From contig JBITAJ010000029.1 in NCBI GenBank assembly GCA_044440125.1, forward strand, positions 288,001 through 352,000: 64,000 nucleotides of DNA, read 5' to 3'. This stretch comes from Sedimentisphaeraceae bacterium JB056. Lineage in GTDB: Bacteria > Planctomycetota > Phycisphaerae > Sedimentisphaerales > Sedimentisphaeraceae. Below are positions 39,196 to 47,731 of the stretch, piece by piece. The notes below the pieces were generated by a model, which saw nothing but the letters and a program-made list of their open reading frames with translations, was not told where the DNA came from and searched no databases. How positions within the stretch are numbered: position 1 is the first letter of the stretch; every line of letters starts with the position of its first letter. The position numbers and the translations under genes were made by a program.

Positions 39196-39687
39196 ATGAG
39201 CATTATAGGCTTGCTTTTTTGCATATTGTTAATTACAGAGTGGTATCTTTGGGAACATTGGAATTTGTTGTATTTTAACACAGGTTGCATGTTATACAGA
39301 CAGACATTAGCTCCTGAAAGTGAATTTAATAGTACAGCCAAAGGTATGCTGTCAAGAGATGGAGGCAACGTTGCCAGCTATGGAAATTTGAGACTGAAAA
39401 GGAAATCTGATACAGAGATTGTAATAAGAAAGAAACGATTCTTGACCTTGCCTGTTCGTGGTAAAGTTGTTTTTGATGAAAACGGATCGCAACATAAAGT
39501 ATGCGTGTATATACACTGGTATGCTTTGTATATTTATCTTTTTGTTGCAATCGAAATTGGCAAAGATATATTTAGTCATCCAATCCTCGTATTTGCAGGA
39601 TTATTTGGCTGGACTACAATAATGTATTTCAAATTAATAGATAGCTTGTTAAAAGAAATAGGTATTACAAAATTTGACCCTTGGTAA
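39196..39687 (+). CDS. Hypothetical small membrane protein
   Basis: 163 aa, GGAGG RBS, N- and C-terminal hydrophobic segments, AT-rich. Confidence 0.7.
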   Translation: MSIIGLLFCILLITEWYLWEHWNLLYFNTGCMLYRQTLAPESEFNSTAKGMLSRDGGNVASYGNLRLKRKSDTEIVIRKKRFLTLPVRGKVVFDENGSQHKVCVYIHWYALYIYLFVAIEIGKDIFSHPILVFAGLFGWTTIMYFKLIDSLLKEIGITKFDPW

Positions 39688-39836
39688 ATGTAGCAAAATA
39701 TATATATTTATATAATGGCAATTTGATGACTGCGGAAGAGAGAACGAAACGGGGCATGTGGATAATAGGGGCAGTTATCGATTTTTGCTTGGAGAGAATT
39801 AAGAAACTATGAAAAGTTGATTTAGAAGGTGATTGA

Positions 39837-41411
39837 ATGAAAACACGAAGAGATTTTATGAAGATAGCCGCAACATCAGCGGCGAGCTTAGCTCTCAGCA
39901 GTTGCAGTTCGGCATTAAAGCTTGCATCTGCAAACAAAAATAAAAGACCTAATGTCTTATTTTGTATATCGGATGATCAGTCCTGGGTCCATGCCAGTGC
40001 ATACGGCGCGTCGGATTTAGCACAAACGCCGGTCTTTGACCGTCTTGCAGAGCAGGGAGTACTTTTCACTGGCTGCTTTTCTGTCGCACCCAGTTGTTCG
40101 CCGGCCCGTGCGAGCCTGTTGACCGGTCGAAATATTTGGCAGAACGAAGAAGCCGGAGTGCATTTGTCGCTCTTTCCTGCTAAGTTTCCAATCTTCAGCG
40201 AAGTGCTGGGAGCCAATGGCTACCGCGTCGGTACTGCCGGCAAGGTCTGGGGGCCCGGCGACTATAGGCTCGGAGGCGAGAATGTGGCACGTACAGCTAA
40301 GCCTGGTGCCGGACAAAGGATAGAAGCGACTCCGGCGGCATTTGAACAATTTATCAAAGAAGGTAACGAAGAAGAGCCATTCTTTTTCTGGTTCGGTGCA
40401 AAGGACCCGCATCGACCCTACGATCGCAAAGAGCGAACCCAGGCCTGGGGAGACCGAACTGTTACGGCCGAAGATGTCCCTCCATTTTTACCGGATATTC
40501 CTGAAATTCGTGAGGACCTGGCTGATTACGCATTTGAGATCGAGCGATTTGACAGCCAGGTCGGTCAGCTCCTTGATGTTCTGAAAAAAACTGGCCAAGC
40601 CGCAAATACCATGGTAGTGGTTACAGGTGATAACGGTATGCCGTTCCCTCGTGCCAAGCGTGAATGCTATGAATATGGAACGCATGTGCCACTGGTTGTT
40701 AGTTGGCCGGCGCAAGTTCCCGCCGGCCGGGTGGTCGACGACCTCGTGAGCTTCATTGATTTGGGACCTACCTTTCTTGATGCAGCAGGTGTCAAAATAC
40801 CCGAACCAATGACGGGTCGCAGTCTTTTGCCCGTGCTTAAATCCGATAAGAGCGGGCTGATTGATGAAGCAGGCGAAATCGTAGTAACTGGTAGAGAGCG
40901 ACACAACATGGCCAGGCCCGGTAATGCCTGCTATCCCGTGCGTGCCATACGTGATCATCAGTATTTATATATTCGCAACCTTGAACCCGACCGCGACCCG
41001 GTAGGAGCTTCGCCTCACTATGCGGATATCGGATATTATTATTATCCGGAAAGACTAAATCGGATTGTGGCCGGCGAGGAAACCGATAAAGCATTGCTGG
41101 CCGCTTTCAAAAAGGGTACCGAGAAACGTCCGGCCGCGGAACTCTACGATATTAAGAAAGACCCCGGCTGTCTGGTGAATCTGGCGGCAGAAGATGATTA
41201 CCAGGCGAGGTGTGAACAGATGTGGGCGATGTTGAAGGCGATCTTGGTGAAGCAGGGGGACCCGCGGATGTTCGGCAAAGGTGAGTGCTTTGAAAGTGTG
41301 CCGACAATACAAGAGAACAAACACAATTTCCCTGGAGTTCCGCCGCAAAGAACTTATACGCCCGGGAAAATGCATTTTGACCACAGTCAGGATACGCCGT
41401 GGAAGTATTGA
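39837..41411 (+). CDS. Tat-exported Cys-type (formylglycine) sulfatase
   Basis: TRRDFMK Tat motif; ISDDQ, CSPARASLLTG, DPHRPY, GDNG.PFPRAK, ELYD...DP. Confidence 0.93.
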   Translation: MKTRRDFMKIAATSAASLALSSCSSALKLASANKNKRPNVLFCISDDQSWVHASAYGASDLAQTPVFDRLAEQGVLFTGCFSVAPSCSPARASLLTGRNIWQNEEAGVHLSLFPAKFPIFSEVLGANGYRVGTAGKVWGPGDYRLGGENVARTAKPGAGQRIEATPAAFEQFIKEGNEEEPFFFWFGAKDPHRPYDRKERTQAWGDRTVTAEDVPPFLPDIPEIREDLADYAFEIERFDSQVGQLLDVLKKTGQAANTMVVVTGDNGMPFPRAKRECYEYGTHVPLVVSWPAQVPAGRVVDDLVSFIDLGPTFLDAAGVKIPEPMTGRSLLPVLKSDKSGLIDEAGEIVVTGRERHNMARPGNACYPVRAIRDHQYLYIRNLEPDRDPVGASPHYADIGYYYYPERLNRIVAGEETDKALLAAFKKGTEKRPAAELYDIKKDPGCLVNLAAEDDYQARCEQMWAMLKAILVKQGDPRMFGKGECFESVPTIQENKHNFPGVPPQRTYTPGKMHFDHSQDTPWKY

Positions 41412-41438
41412 TTCCATTTATTATATGAGAAGTCAAAA

Positions 41439-41467
41439 AAGGGGCGGGTCTAAAAAGGCTCGCTCTT
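41439..41467 (+). terminator. Probable terminator after the sulfatase
   Basis: AAGGGGCGGGTCT...AGGCTCGCTCTT hairpin with G-U pairs. Confidence 0.45.
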
Positions 41468-41602
41468 ATGTCTTTTCATAGCTTTTTAATTACATATAAG
41501 CAGAAAGAATTGAGTGGGGATGGAGTCTTATGGATTCCGCAAAAATAATTTTTGAGAATTAAGGATAGCGGGACTTTTTCAATAGCCCGCAGTAACGATT
41601 AT

Positions 41603-41917
41603 ATGAGTATTTTATTTATAATAATCATAATTTTGTTTGGAATTGAAATTGCGGTATTTAGCTACTATACGCACAAATATGATAAACATATATGCGATAA
41701 GTATCCAGAAAATTCTAAATTAACTATTGGGATTTTGTGTGGTGAAGTTTTAGCTCCAAGAGCAATGTTAAATTTATTTTCTAGGAATGACTTATTTCTT
41801 AATGATTCATTTTTGAATAAAACAAAACACTTGGCAAAACGATGGTTACTGTTAGCACTAATAACTTTTATATCTATACCGGTGATATTTACAACCTTAA
41901 TCTTTCTATTGAAATGA
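41603..41917 (+). CDS. Hypothetical small 2-TM protein
   Basis: Very AT-rich ORF; ATG 41603 preferred; hydrophobic ends. Confidence 0.6.
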   Translation: MSILFIIIIILFGIEIAVFSYYTHKYDKHICDKYPENSKLTIGILCGEVLAPRAMLNLFSRNDLFLNDSFLNKTKHLAKRWLLLALITFISIPVIFTTLIFLLK

Positions 41918-42022
41918 GGCGATTGAAAAGGCATTAGGGGACAGTGGGGCTGTTGAGGAATTTAAAGGGGTCAGGTTTCTTGGGGTTGGTTAATTTTATT
42001 TGTTGCTACATATTGAATTATT

Positions 42023-42169
42023 ATGTTTCACAGCAAACACAAAACACTTGGCGGATATTATCATTACGTGATTAACCGCAGCGATGGTCGGCTTCGTATC
42101 TTCAAGAAGCAGGATTGTTTTCTTGTCTTTAATTCTTTGGGAAAATCGCGAAATATTTATTTTTCTTAA
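42023..42169 (+). pseudogene. N-terminal remnant of a RAYT/Y1 transposase
   Basis: Manual translation MFHSKHKTLGGYYHYVINRSDGRLRIFKKQD* resembles the RAYT start (G..YHV.NRGN.R..IF...D). Confidence 0.6.
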
Positions 42170-42232
42170 AGCCAAATGGATGTTTCGGTGTTATATAAGT
42201 AGTATGGTCAAATGGTATTATGAGGAAATGAG

Positions 42233-42778
42233 ATGCTGGAAGACAAACTGCTTGTATTGAAGTTGAAACGTGGTGACAAGGATGCTTTGCGTACTGTATA
42301 TGAAAAATACAGAGATGATCTCTTACGCATAGCGGCTAATCTTCTTAGAGAAAGAATACATGCCGAAGATGTAGTGCATGATGTATTTGCATCGTTTGCT
42401 ACAGTTTGCAGAACATTTACGCTTACCGGAAGCCTCAAGGGTTATCTTATTACGTGTGTGGCAAACAGAGCACGTAATATTAATAGGCGTATTTATAGGC
42501 AGCAGGTTGCTAATATCGATGATGTTGAGCCTGCCGCTTCAAATATCAAACGGCCGGATGAATGGATTATATATAATGAGCAGTTCAGGCAGATTGCCGA
42601 TGCTATGTCGCAACTCCCTTACGAGCAGAGAGAGGTAATCGCTTTACACATAAACGGGGCGATGAAGTTCAAAGATATTGCCAAATTACAGGATGTTTCC
42701 GCAAAGACTGTTTCAAGCAGATACCGTTACGGAATTGATAAGCTCCGATCAATATTGAATAGTGAGGTGAAAAGATGA
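42233..42778 (+). CDS. ECF RNA polymerase sigma factor
   Basis: AEDVVHDVF (region 2); LPYEQREVI.L..F.DIA..TVSSRYRYG (region 4). Confidence 0.93.
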   Translation: MLEDKLLVLKLKRGDKDALRTVYEKYRDDLLRIAANLLRERIHAEDVVHDVFASFATVCRTFTLTGSLKGYLITCVANRARNINRRIYRQQVANIDDVEPAASNIKRPDEWIIYNEQFRQIADAMSQLPYEQREVIALHINGAMKFKDIAKLQDVSAKTVSSRYRYGIDKLRSILNSEVKR

Positions 42779-44085
42779 GATCGGCAAATGATATAAAGAA
42801 GATAATCAAAAATACGAAGATCAACGTTGATTCAAATGTAAGTGAGTTTGTATTAGATGATATACTGAGCCGTATGGTTGAAAGTGAAAATGTAAATAAT
42901 ATTAAACAGAGCAGGTGGAGGATAATTATGAAGTACAAGATTACGGAAGTGGCTGCGGCGGTAATCGTGGTAATCGCGGCAGTAGTGGGTATCAATTATT
43001 TGGGTGGGTCGGTAGATGTTGCGAGCGTTGCCTGGTCGCAAGTGGTTGAGCAGCTCAGTAATCATCAGAGGTATAAGTGCCGGCAACGGGTGGTGCGTGA
43101 GAATGGGCAGCAGATGCCTGTGATGGATGTGTATCATATGAATCTTTCTCTGAGGCGGCAGGAAGTGGAGGATGGTTCCATACACATAATCGATATGAGA
43201 GGCAAAGATGCAATAACTGTTGAGCTTTACCCGGAACAAAAAAGGGCGGTTGTTACAAAGCTTCTTGATTTTGGACCTAAAAAGGATCCTGATATAATCG
43301 ATATGGTTAAGCGGTTCGAGCAAAAATCTACTGAAAGGCTTGGTACTAAAGAGGCTGATGGTGAGATATTGCAGGGGTTCAAATATAAGCCGAACGAATA
43401 TAATGATTTTACGGTGTGGGTCGATTCTGAGACAAAGTTACCTGTGGAGATAGAGCTGTTACATCCCAAAAGTGGGCAAACTATTTTTTTAGACGAGTTT
43501 GAATTTGATTTTGAACTTGCCCCATCTGCCTTCAGTACAGAGATTCCCGACGGGTATAAGGTTGAAACTATAGTTAATAACTACGGCCCGAGCAAGCCTA
43601 AAAAGGTGAGTGAGCAGGATATTAAAGCCGGGCTTAATCATTCTGCGTATTTAGTTGAAGAGCGGCCTTGGGTGGATAGTGTCGTTACCTTTGAGATATT
43701 AAGCCCGCTTGGCGAAAAAACAAAAGTATATACGACGGCAATTAAGACTACTGATGGGAATCTGGCCTTGATAGTTCAGGGCAATTATTACGATATTACT
43801 AAGATGGTATGGCTCTCTGAACAGGACGTAGTGCTTGAGACGCCCGAAGGCATTAAATTGCATACTCACCCAAATGGGGCAATATATGCAAAGCTGTTTT
43901 TAGAAGGGTTTGTGAAAGCTAACCCGGGATATTTTGACCCAGATACAATCAGTGAAGAAAGGTTCACGTTGATGGCTGTTATGCCTGATGGTGTCGTTTT
44001 AGGAATAGTTGCCAATAACAAAATGGATGAGCAGAGATTGCAGAAGCTTGTTGACTCTTTAAGCATGATAGAAGCTGCTCAATGA
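42775..44085 (+). CDS. Single-TM anti-sigma-like protein with LolA-like extracytoplasmic domain
   Basis: Overlaps the ECF stop (ATGA); TM then VAWSQVVEQ; TVWVDSETKLPV, FSTEIPDGY. Confidence 0.65.
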   Translation: MRSANDIKKIIKNTKINVDSNVSEFVLDDILSRMVESENVNNIKQSRWRIIMKYKITEVAAAVIVVIAAVVGINYLGGSVDVASVAWSQVVEQLSNHQRYKCRQRVVRENGQQMPVMDVYHMNLSLRRQEVEDGSIHIIDMRGKDAITVELYPEQKRAVVTKLLDFGPKKDPDIIDMVKRFEQKSTERLGTKEADGEILQGFKYKPNEYNDFTVWVDSETKLPVEIELLHPKSGQTIFLDEFEFDFELAPSAFSTEIPDGYKVETIVNNYGPSKPKKVSEQDIKAGLNHSAYLVEERPWVDSVVTFEILSPLGEKTKVYTTAIKTTDGNLALIVQGNYYDITKMVWLSEQDVVLETPEGIKLHTHPNGAIYAKLFLEGFVKANPGYFDPDTISEERFTLMAVMPDGVVLGIVANNKMDEQRLQKLVDSLSMIEAAQ

Positions 44086-44155
44086 GGCCATTGATAAACT
44101 GCTTCAAGCTTTGAAGTTTGAACCTATATTTTCACCTATACATCATTATATGAAC

Positions 44156-44198
44156 TTTTTTAGTATGACATCATCTGATGATGCTATACTAAAAAAAA
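44156..44198. terminator. Bidirectional terminator
   Basis: T-run-AGTAT..CATCA/TGATG..ATACT-A-run. Confidence 0.65.
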
Positions 44199-44265
44199 CC
44201 TCCTTCAAGAAGGCATAAATGCAGAAAATTCGCAGTTATCCATTATTGACGGGGGTAAAAAAGAG

Positions 44266-44339
44266 AGGCGACGATGGGATTCGAACCCATGAATATCGGT
44301 TTTGCAAACCGACGCCTTAGTCCACTTGGCTACGTCGCC
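44266..44339 (-). tRNA. tRNA-Cys (GCA), CCA not encoded
   Basis: GGCGACGTAGCCAAGTGG...TCGGT-TTGCAAA-ACCGA...GGTTCGAATCC...CGTCGCCT. Confidence 0.95.
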
Positions 44340-44356
44340 GTTATCAGGGAGAAAAG

Positions 44357-44430
44357 TGGGCCCACTTGGACTCGAACCAAGGACCAACGGATTATGAGTC
44401 CGTTGCTCTAACCAACTGAGCTATGGGCCC
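44357..44430 (-). tRNA. tRNA with CAT anticodon, most likely tRNA-Ile2 (lysidine); CCA not encoded
   Basis: GGGCCCATAGCTCAGTTGG...CTCATAA...GGTTCGAGTCC..TGGGCCCA; lacks initiator features. Confidence 0.9.
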
Positions 44431-44533
44431 GTCCTATTGAGAACGTTTAGTTTCCGGCAAACACCGGTCTAATTATTGAAAGAACAATTTAGGGAATTGA
44501 AGCCTCGCATCAGTCTGATAACGAGGCTTCAAG

Positions 44534-44616
44534 TGGGCCGGGTTGGATTCGAACCAACGAAGGCTTTCGCCAACGGGTTTACAGCCCGTCCCCTTTAGCC
44601 ACTCGGGCACCGACCC
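44534..44616 (-). tRNA. tRNA-Tyr (GTA), CCA not encoded
   Basis: GGGTCGGTGCCCGAGTGG...CTGTAAA, long variable arm GGCGAAAGCC, GGTTCGAATCC. Confidence 0.95.
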
Positions 44617-44632
44617 TCACTAAGGAAGGGCA

Positions 44633-44660
44633 ATTCTATAAAAAAGAGCCGTCAATGCAA
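44633..44660 (-). promoter_or_regulatory. Promoter of the tRNA cluster
   Basis: TTGCAT-N16-TAGAAT just upstream of tRNA-Tyr. Confidence 0.6.
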
Positions 44661-44874
44661 TAGTAAAATGCTCAAATTCGCATTTTTTTTGAAAAACTTA
44701 CCTGCATTTTATCAATTTATGTCAAAACTTTGTTTTTATAGCATCTTATAGTAAGCTTACTTTTAACTGTGCTTGCAATAATGTTTTCATATATGTACAA
44801 TATGTTTATCTGAACCGAAGGCATTGGCTATTCGGCAGGCAGTTGGTGCTAAAAAGGATTGATGGTCGCCCGTA

Positions 44875-46068
44875 ATGAAGATAGTGCATATTATAACCCG
44901 TCTTATAGTGGGCGGGGCTCAGGAAAATACGATAATCACCTGCCGTGAGCAGGCAAAACGAGGACATAAGGTATATTTGCTTACAGGCCCTTCGATAGGC
45001 CCCGAAGGCGGGATGTTCGAGAAGGTGGCAGATATGGATTTTGAGGTGATCGTTATCAAGGATATGATTCGTGCGATCAAGCCGTTTGCCGATTTGAAGG
45101 CCTACAGGCAAATCAAAAAAGTCCTTCTTGATATAAAGCCTGATGTTGTGCATACGCACTCGGCTAAGGCGGGCATTCTTGGCCGCATTGCCGGCTGGGA
45201 GATAAAAGGCATCGCTCCATACCCGACAAATCCGCAAAAGCCCGCACCTATGGTTGTACATACGATTCATGGGCTTGCCTTTCATGAATATCAGAGCAAG
45301 TGGCTCAATAAGCTTTACGTTGGCATCGAGAGATTCACGGCAAAAAAATGTGATGCTATTATCGGTGTGGCTGATACGATGTGCGAGAAGGCTCTGGCGG
45401 CGGGGATTGGCAAGCAGGAAATGTATTCCACGGCATATTCGGCAATCGATATCGAAAATTTCACCCGGCAGCCTTCAGAGAAGGAAATTAAAAATTTTCG
45501 CAGAAAGCATGGTATCAGCGATCAGTCAAAGGTGATTGTTTGTGTGGCGCGGCTGGCAGAGCTTAAAGGGCATGAGTATATTATAGAATCGGCAAAGAAA
45601 CTTACAGCTGAGTTTCCTGATTGCATGTGGCTGTTTGTCGGCAACGGTGCGCTTACGGATAAGATAAAACATGATATACATCTTGCAAGCCTTGCTTATA
45701 AGATACGCCTCACAGGCTTGCTCGCTCCCGAACAAATACCGCTTGCCATACATTCCAGCGATGTACTTGTGCATTGTTCGCTGCGTGAGGGGCTTGCACG
45801 CGTACTTCCGCAGGCGATGCTTTGCGGCAAGCCGGCTATAAGCTTTGATATTGATGGAGCGAAAGAGGTTGTTAATTCTGAGACGGGCAGGCTGATAGCT
45901 CCGCAGGATGTTGACGCCCTCATTGAGAGCTGTAGAGAACTTCTCAGTGATGAAGAACTCTGTAAAAAGCTCGGCGAAAACGGCCGCAGACTGGTAGAGC
46001 AGAAATTCTCCCCCACAGCAATGGCAGACGCAATCGAAAAAGTATACGATAGTTACGCTGCCGAATAA
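44875..46068 (+). CDS. Glycosyltransferase family 4
   Basis: HIITRLIVGGAQ, HTHSAKAG, ARL..LKGH, SLREGL.RV.PQAM..GKP. Confidence 0.93.
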   Translation: MKIVHIITRLIVGGAQENTIITCREQAKRGHKVYLLTGPSIGPEGGMFEKVADMDFEVIVIKDMIRAIKPFADLKAYRQIKKVLLDIKPDVVHTHSAKAGILGRIAGWEIKGIAPYPTNPQKPAPMVVHTIHGLAFHEYQSKWLNKLYVGIERFTAKKCDAIIGVADTMCEKALAAGIGKQEMYSTAYSAIDIENFTRQPSEKEIKNFRRKHGISDQSKVIVCVARLAELKGHEYIIESAKKLTAEFPDCMWLFVGNGALTDKIKHDIHLASLAYKIRLTGLLAPEQIPLAIHSSDVLVHCSLREGLARVLPQAMLCGKPAISFDIDGAKEVVNSETGRLIAPQDVDALIESCRELLSDEELCKKLGENGRRLVEQKFSPTAMADAIEKVYDSYAAE

Positions 46069-46096
46069 TGCTTAATAGGGGAGGCAGGTGTCTATC

Positions 46097-46825
46097 TTAG
46101 AACCATGGGCTTGATGTTTGTCTTCTCAGTCGTATTTCGTCAATAACGCCGTTGCCGTCTCTTGTCAGCAGGTATTCTACCGCATCGGCTATTTCTGATG
46201 CTCCGATGAGTTCATCTTGGTTGATGTCCGGCCGAACTGCTGTAACCATCTCCGTATCAACTCCGCCCATGCAGATTGAATGTACTCTTACGTTTGTATC
46301 GCGAAGCTCTTCCGCTAGAGATTGGGTCATGCCGCGAACGGCGTGCTTGGAGGCTGTATAGGCACTCTGCAGCGGGTAGCCTTTAACGCCTACAACTGAT
46401 GACACATTGACGATGAATGCCCGTGGCGACTCAAGCAGCAGCGGGAGAAACTCTCTGCACATCAAAAACGGCCCGCGTGCATTTATAGACATTACATTGT
46501 CGTAGACATCGGTAGGGGTGTCCTGGAGTTTGCCGGAATAGGTGATGCCGGCATTGTTTATAAGTATATCGCATTTGCCGAACTGCTTCTTTACGCTATT
46601 TTGGAGCTCGATAATCGATTGTTCGCTTGTAAGCTCAACCGTTGCCGTAGTCGCTTTTCCTCCGGCATCAGTTATCTCATTTTTGACATTCTCGAGAGCT
46701 TCTATGCTGCGAGCGGCTAAAACAACTGTAGCATTTAGTTTGCCGAGCATTAAGGCTATTTCTTTGCCGATGCCGCGGCTTGCACCTGTCACGATTGCCA
46801 CAGAGCCTGTAAGATTCGTTCTCAA
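46097..46825 (-). CDS. SDR-family oxidoreductase
   Basis: TGASRGIG, NNAG, YTASK. Confidence 0.93.
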   Translation of the reverse strand: MRTNLTGSVAIVTGASRGIGKEIALMLGKLNATVVLAARSIEALENVKNEITDAGGKATTATVELTSEQSIIELQNSVKKQFGKCDILINNAGITYSGKLQDTPTDVYDNVMSINARGPFLMCREFLPLLLESPRAFIVNVSSVVGVKGYPLQSAYTASKHAVRGMTQSLAEELRDTNVRVHSICMGGVDTEMVTAVRPDINQDELIGASEIADAVEYLLTRDGNGVIDEIRLRRQTSSPWF

Positions 46826-46960
46826 TGTAATATCTCCTTTTCCAATGTCAGATTGTAATTTTACGTTTATGAAAATATTAAGCCCAAATAGTAAAACCGA
46901 TTGGCTGAAAAATCAATTATTAATTTCTTCTTTTATTTTTACTGATTTTTTGAAAAGTAA

Positions 46961-46989
46961 TTGCATACCTACCTGAAGGTATGTATAAT
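46961..46989 (+). promoter_or_regulatory. Promoter with AcrR-like operator upstream of tetR-hydG
   Basis: TTGCAT-N17-TATAAT overlapping the inverted repeat TACCTACC-TGAA-GGTATGTA (46966-46985). Confidence 0.65.
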
Positions 46990-47091
46990 AGATTCAATTG
47001 ATAATTTTAATTGACAAATTAAAGGCGAGTAGAAATTTGGCAAACAACTTGTGCCTGATGCCTTGTGACTTATGCCTCTTAGGTAACTGTA

Positions 47092-47703
47092 ATGGCAAGA
47101 CGAACAAAAGATGAAGCGATGAAGACCCGTGAGGATATCCTTGATGCGGCACTGGATGTGATGTCGGAAAAGGGATATTCGCGCATGACGTTCGTTGATA
47201 TAGCCGAAAGAATAGGGCTCACCAAGGGTGCGGTTTATTGGCACTTTAAGAACAAAAAGTCGCTTTTGATAGAGTTGATAAAGGAATTTCACGACAGGCG
47301 TGAGAGGCTTGTAGCTGAGAATGCCAGGCAGTTGAATACTTTTGATGATTTGCTTGAGCATTTTGTTCAGAGGACGCATGTAGTCATGCAGGATCCATCT
47401 TGCCGTAAGATTGCTTTTTTCCTGTCGTTTCAGATGGAATGGACGCAGGACCTGCTTGAAGCAGCTAATGAAAGCCTTAATGAGCTTCGTAAGGATTTGT
47501 TTTTGCAAGTTGTTGAAGTTATTAAAGATGCAAAAGATGCGGGGATGCTTAAAAAGGAAGTTGAACCCAGAGAATCGGCTGTTATCTTGATTTCGTTATG
47601 GAAGGGGCTGTTTGCTAATGATGTTGGCGGATATGCCGATATGGATTTGTTAAAATGCGTAGAGAAGAGCTTTAGTTGGATTCTTGAGGGAATGAAGGCT
47701 TGA
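47092..47703 (+). CDS. TetR/AcrR-family regulator
   Basis: MARRTKDEA..TREDILDAA...IA..G.TKGAVYWHFKNK. Confidence 0.93.
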   Translation: MARRTKDEAMKTREDILDAALDVMSEKGYSRMTFVDIAERIGLTKGAVYWHFKNKKSLLIELIKEFHDRRERLVAENARQLNTFDDLLEHFVQRTHVVMQDPSCRKIAFFLSFQMEWTQDLLEAANESLNELRKDLFLQVVEVIKDAKDAGMLKKEVEPRESAVILISLWKGLFANDVGGYADMDLLKCVEKSFSWILEGMKA

Positions 47704-47731
47704 TAAAGCAATATAGATTAGTGAGGAAAAT

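Noticed and set aside
38018..41976. CRISPR array or integron attC sites
   Set aside because: Repeats are short, degenerate and irregularly spaced; no cas or intI genes; no RYYYAAC...GTTRRRY boxes seen.
37600..44339. tRNA-integrated genomic island or prophage
   Set aside because: No integrase or phage genes, and no duplicated tRNA 3' end (att site) seen at the left boundary.
44205..44387. 60-aa minus-strand ORF
   Set aside because: Runs through tRNA genes.
47079..47090. TAGGTAACTGT match to the reverse complement of the accessory-region repeat
   Set aside because: Single partial match coinciding with the tetR ribosome-binding region; may be chance.
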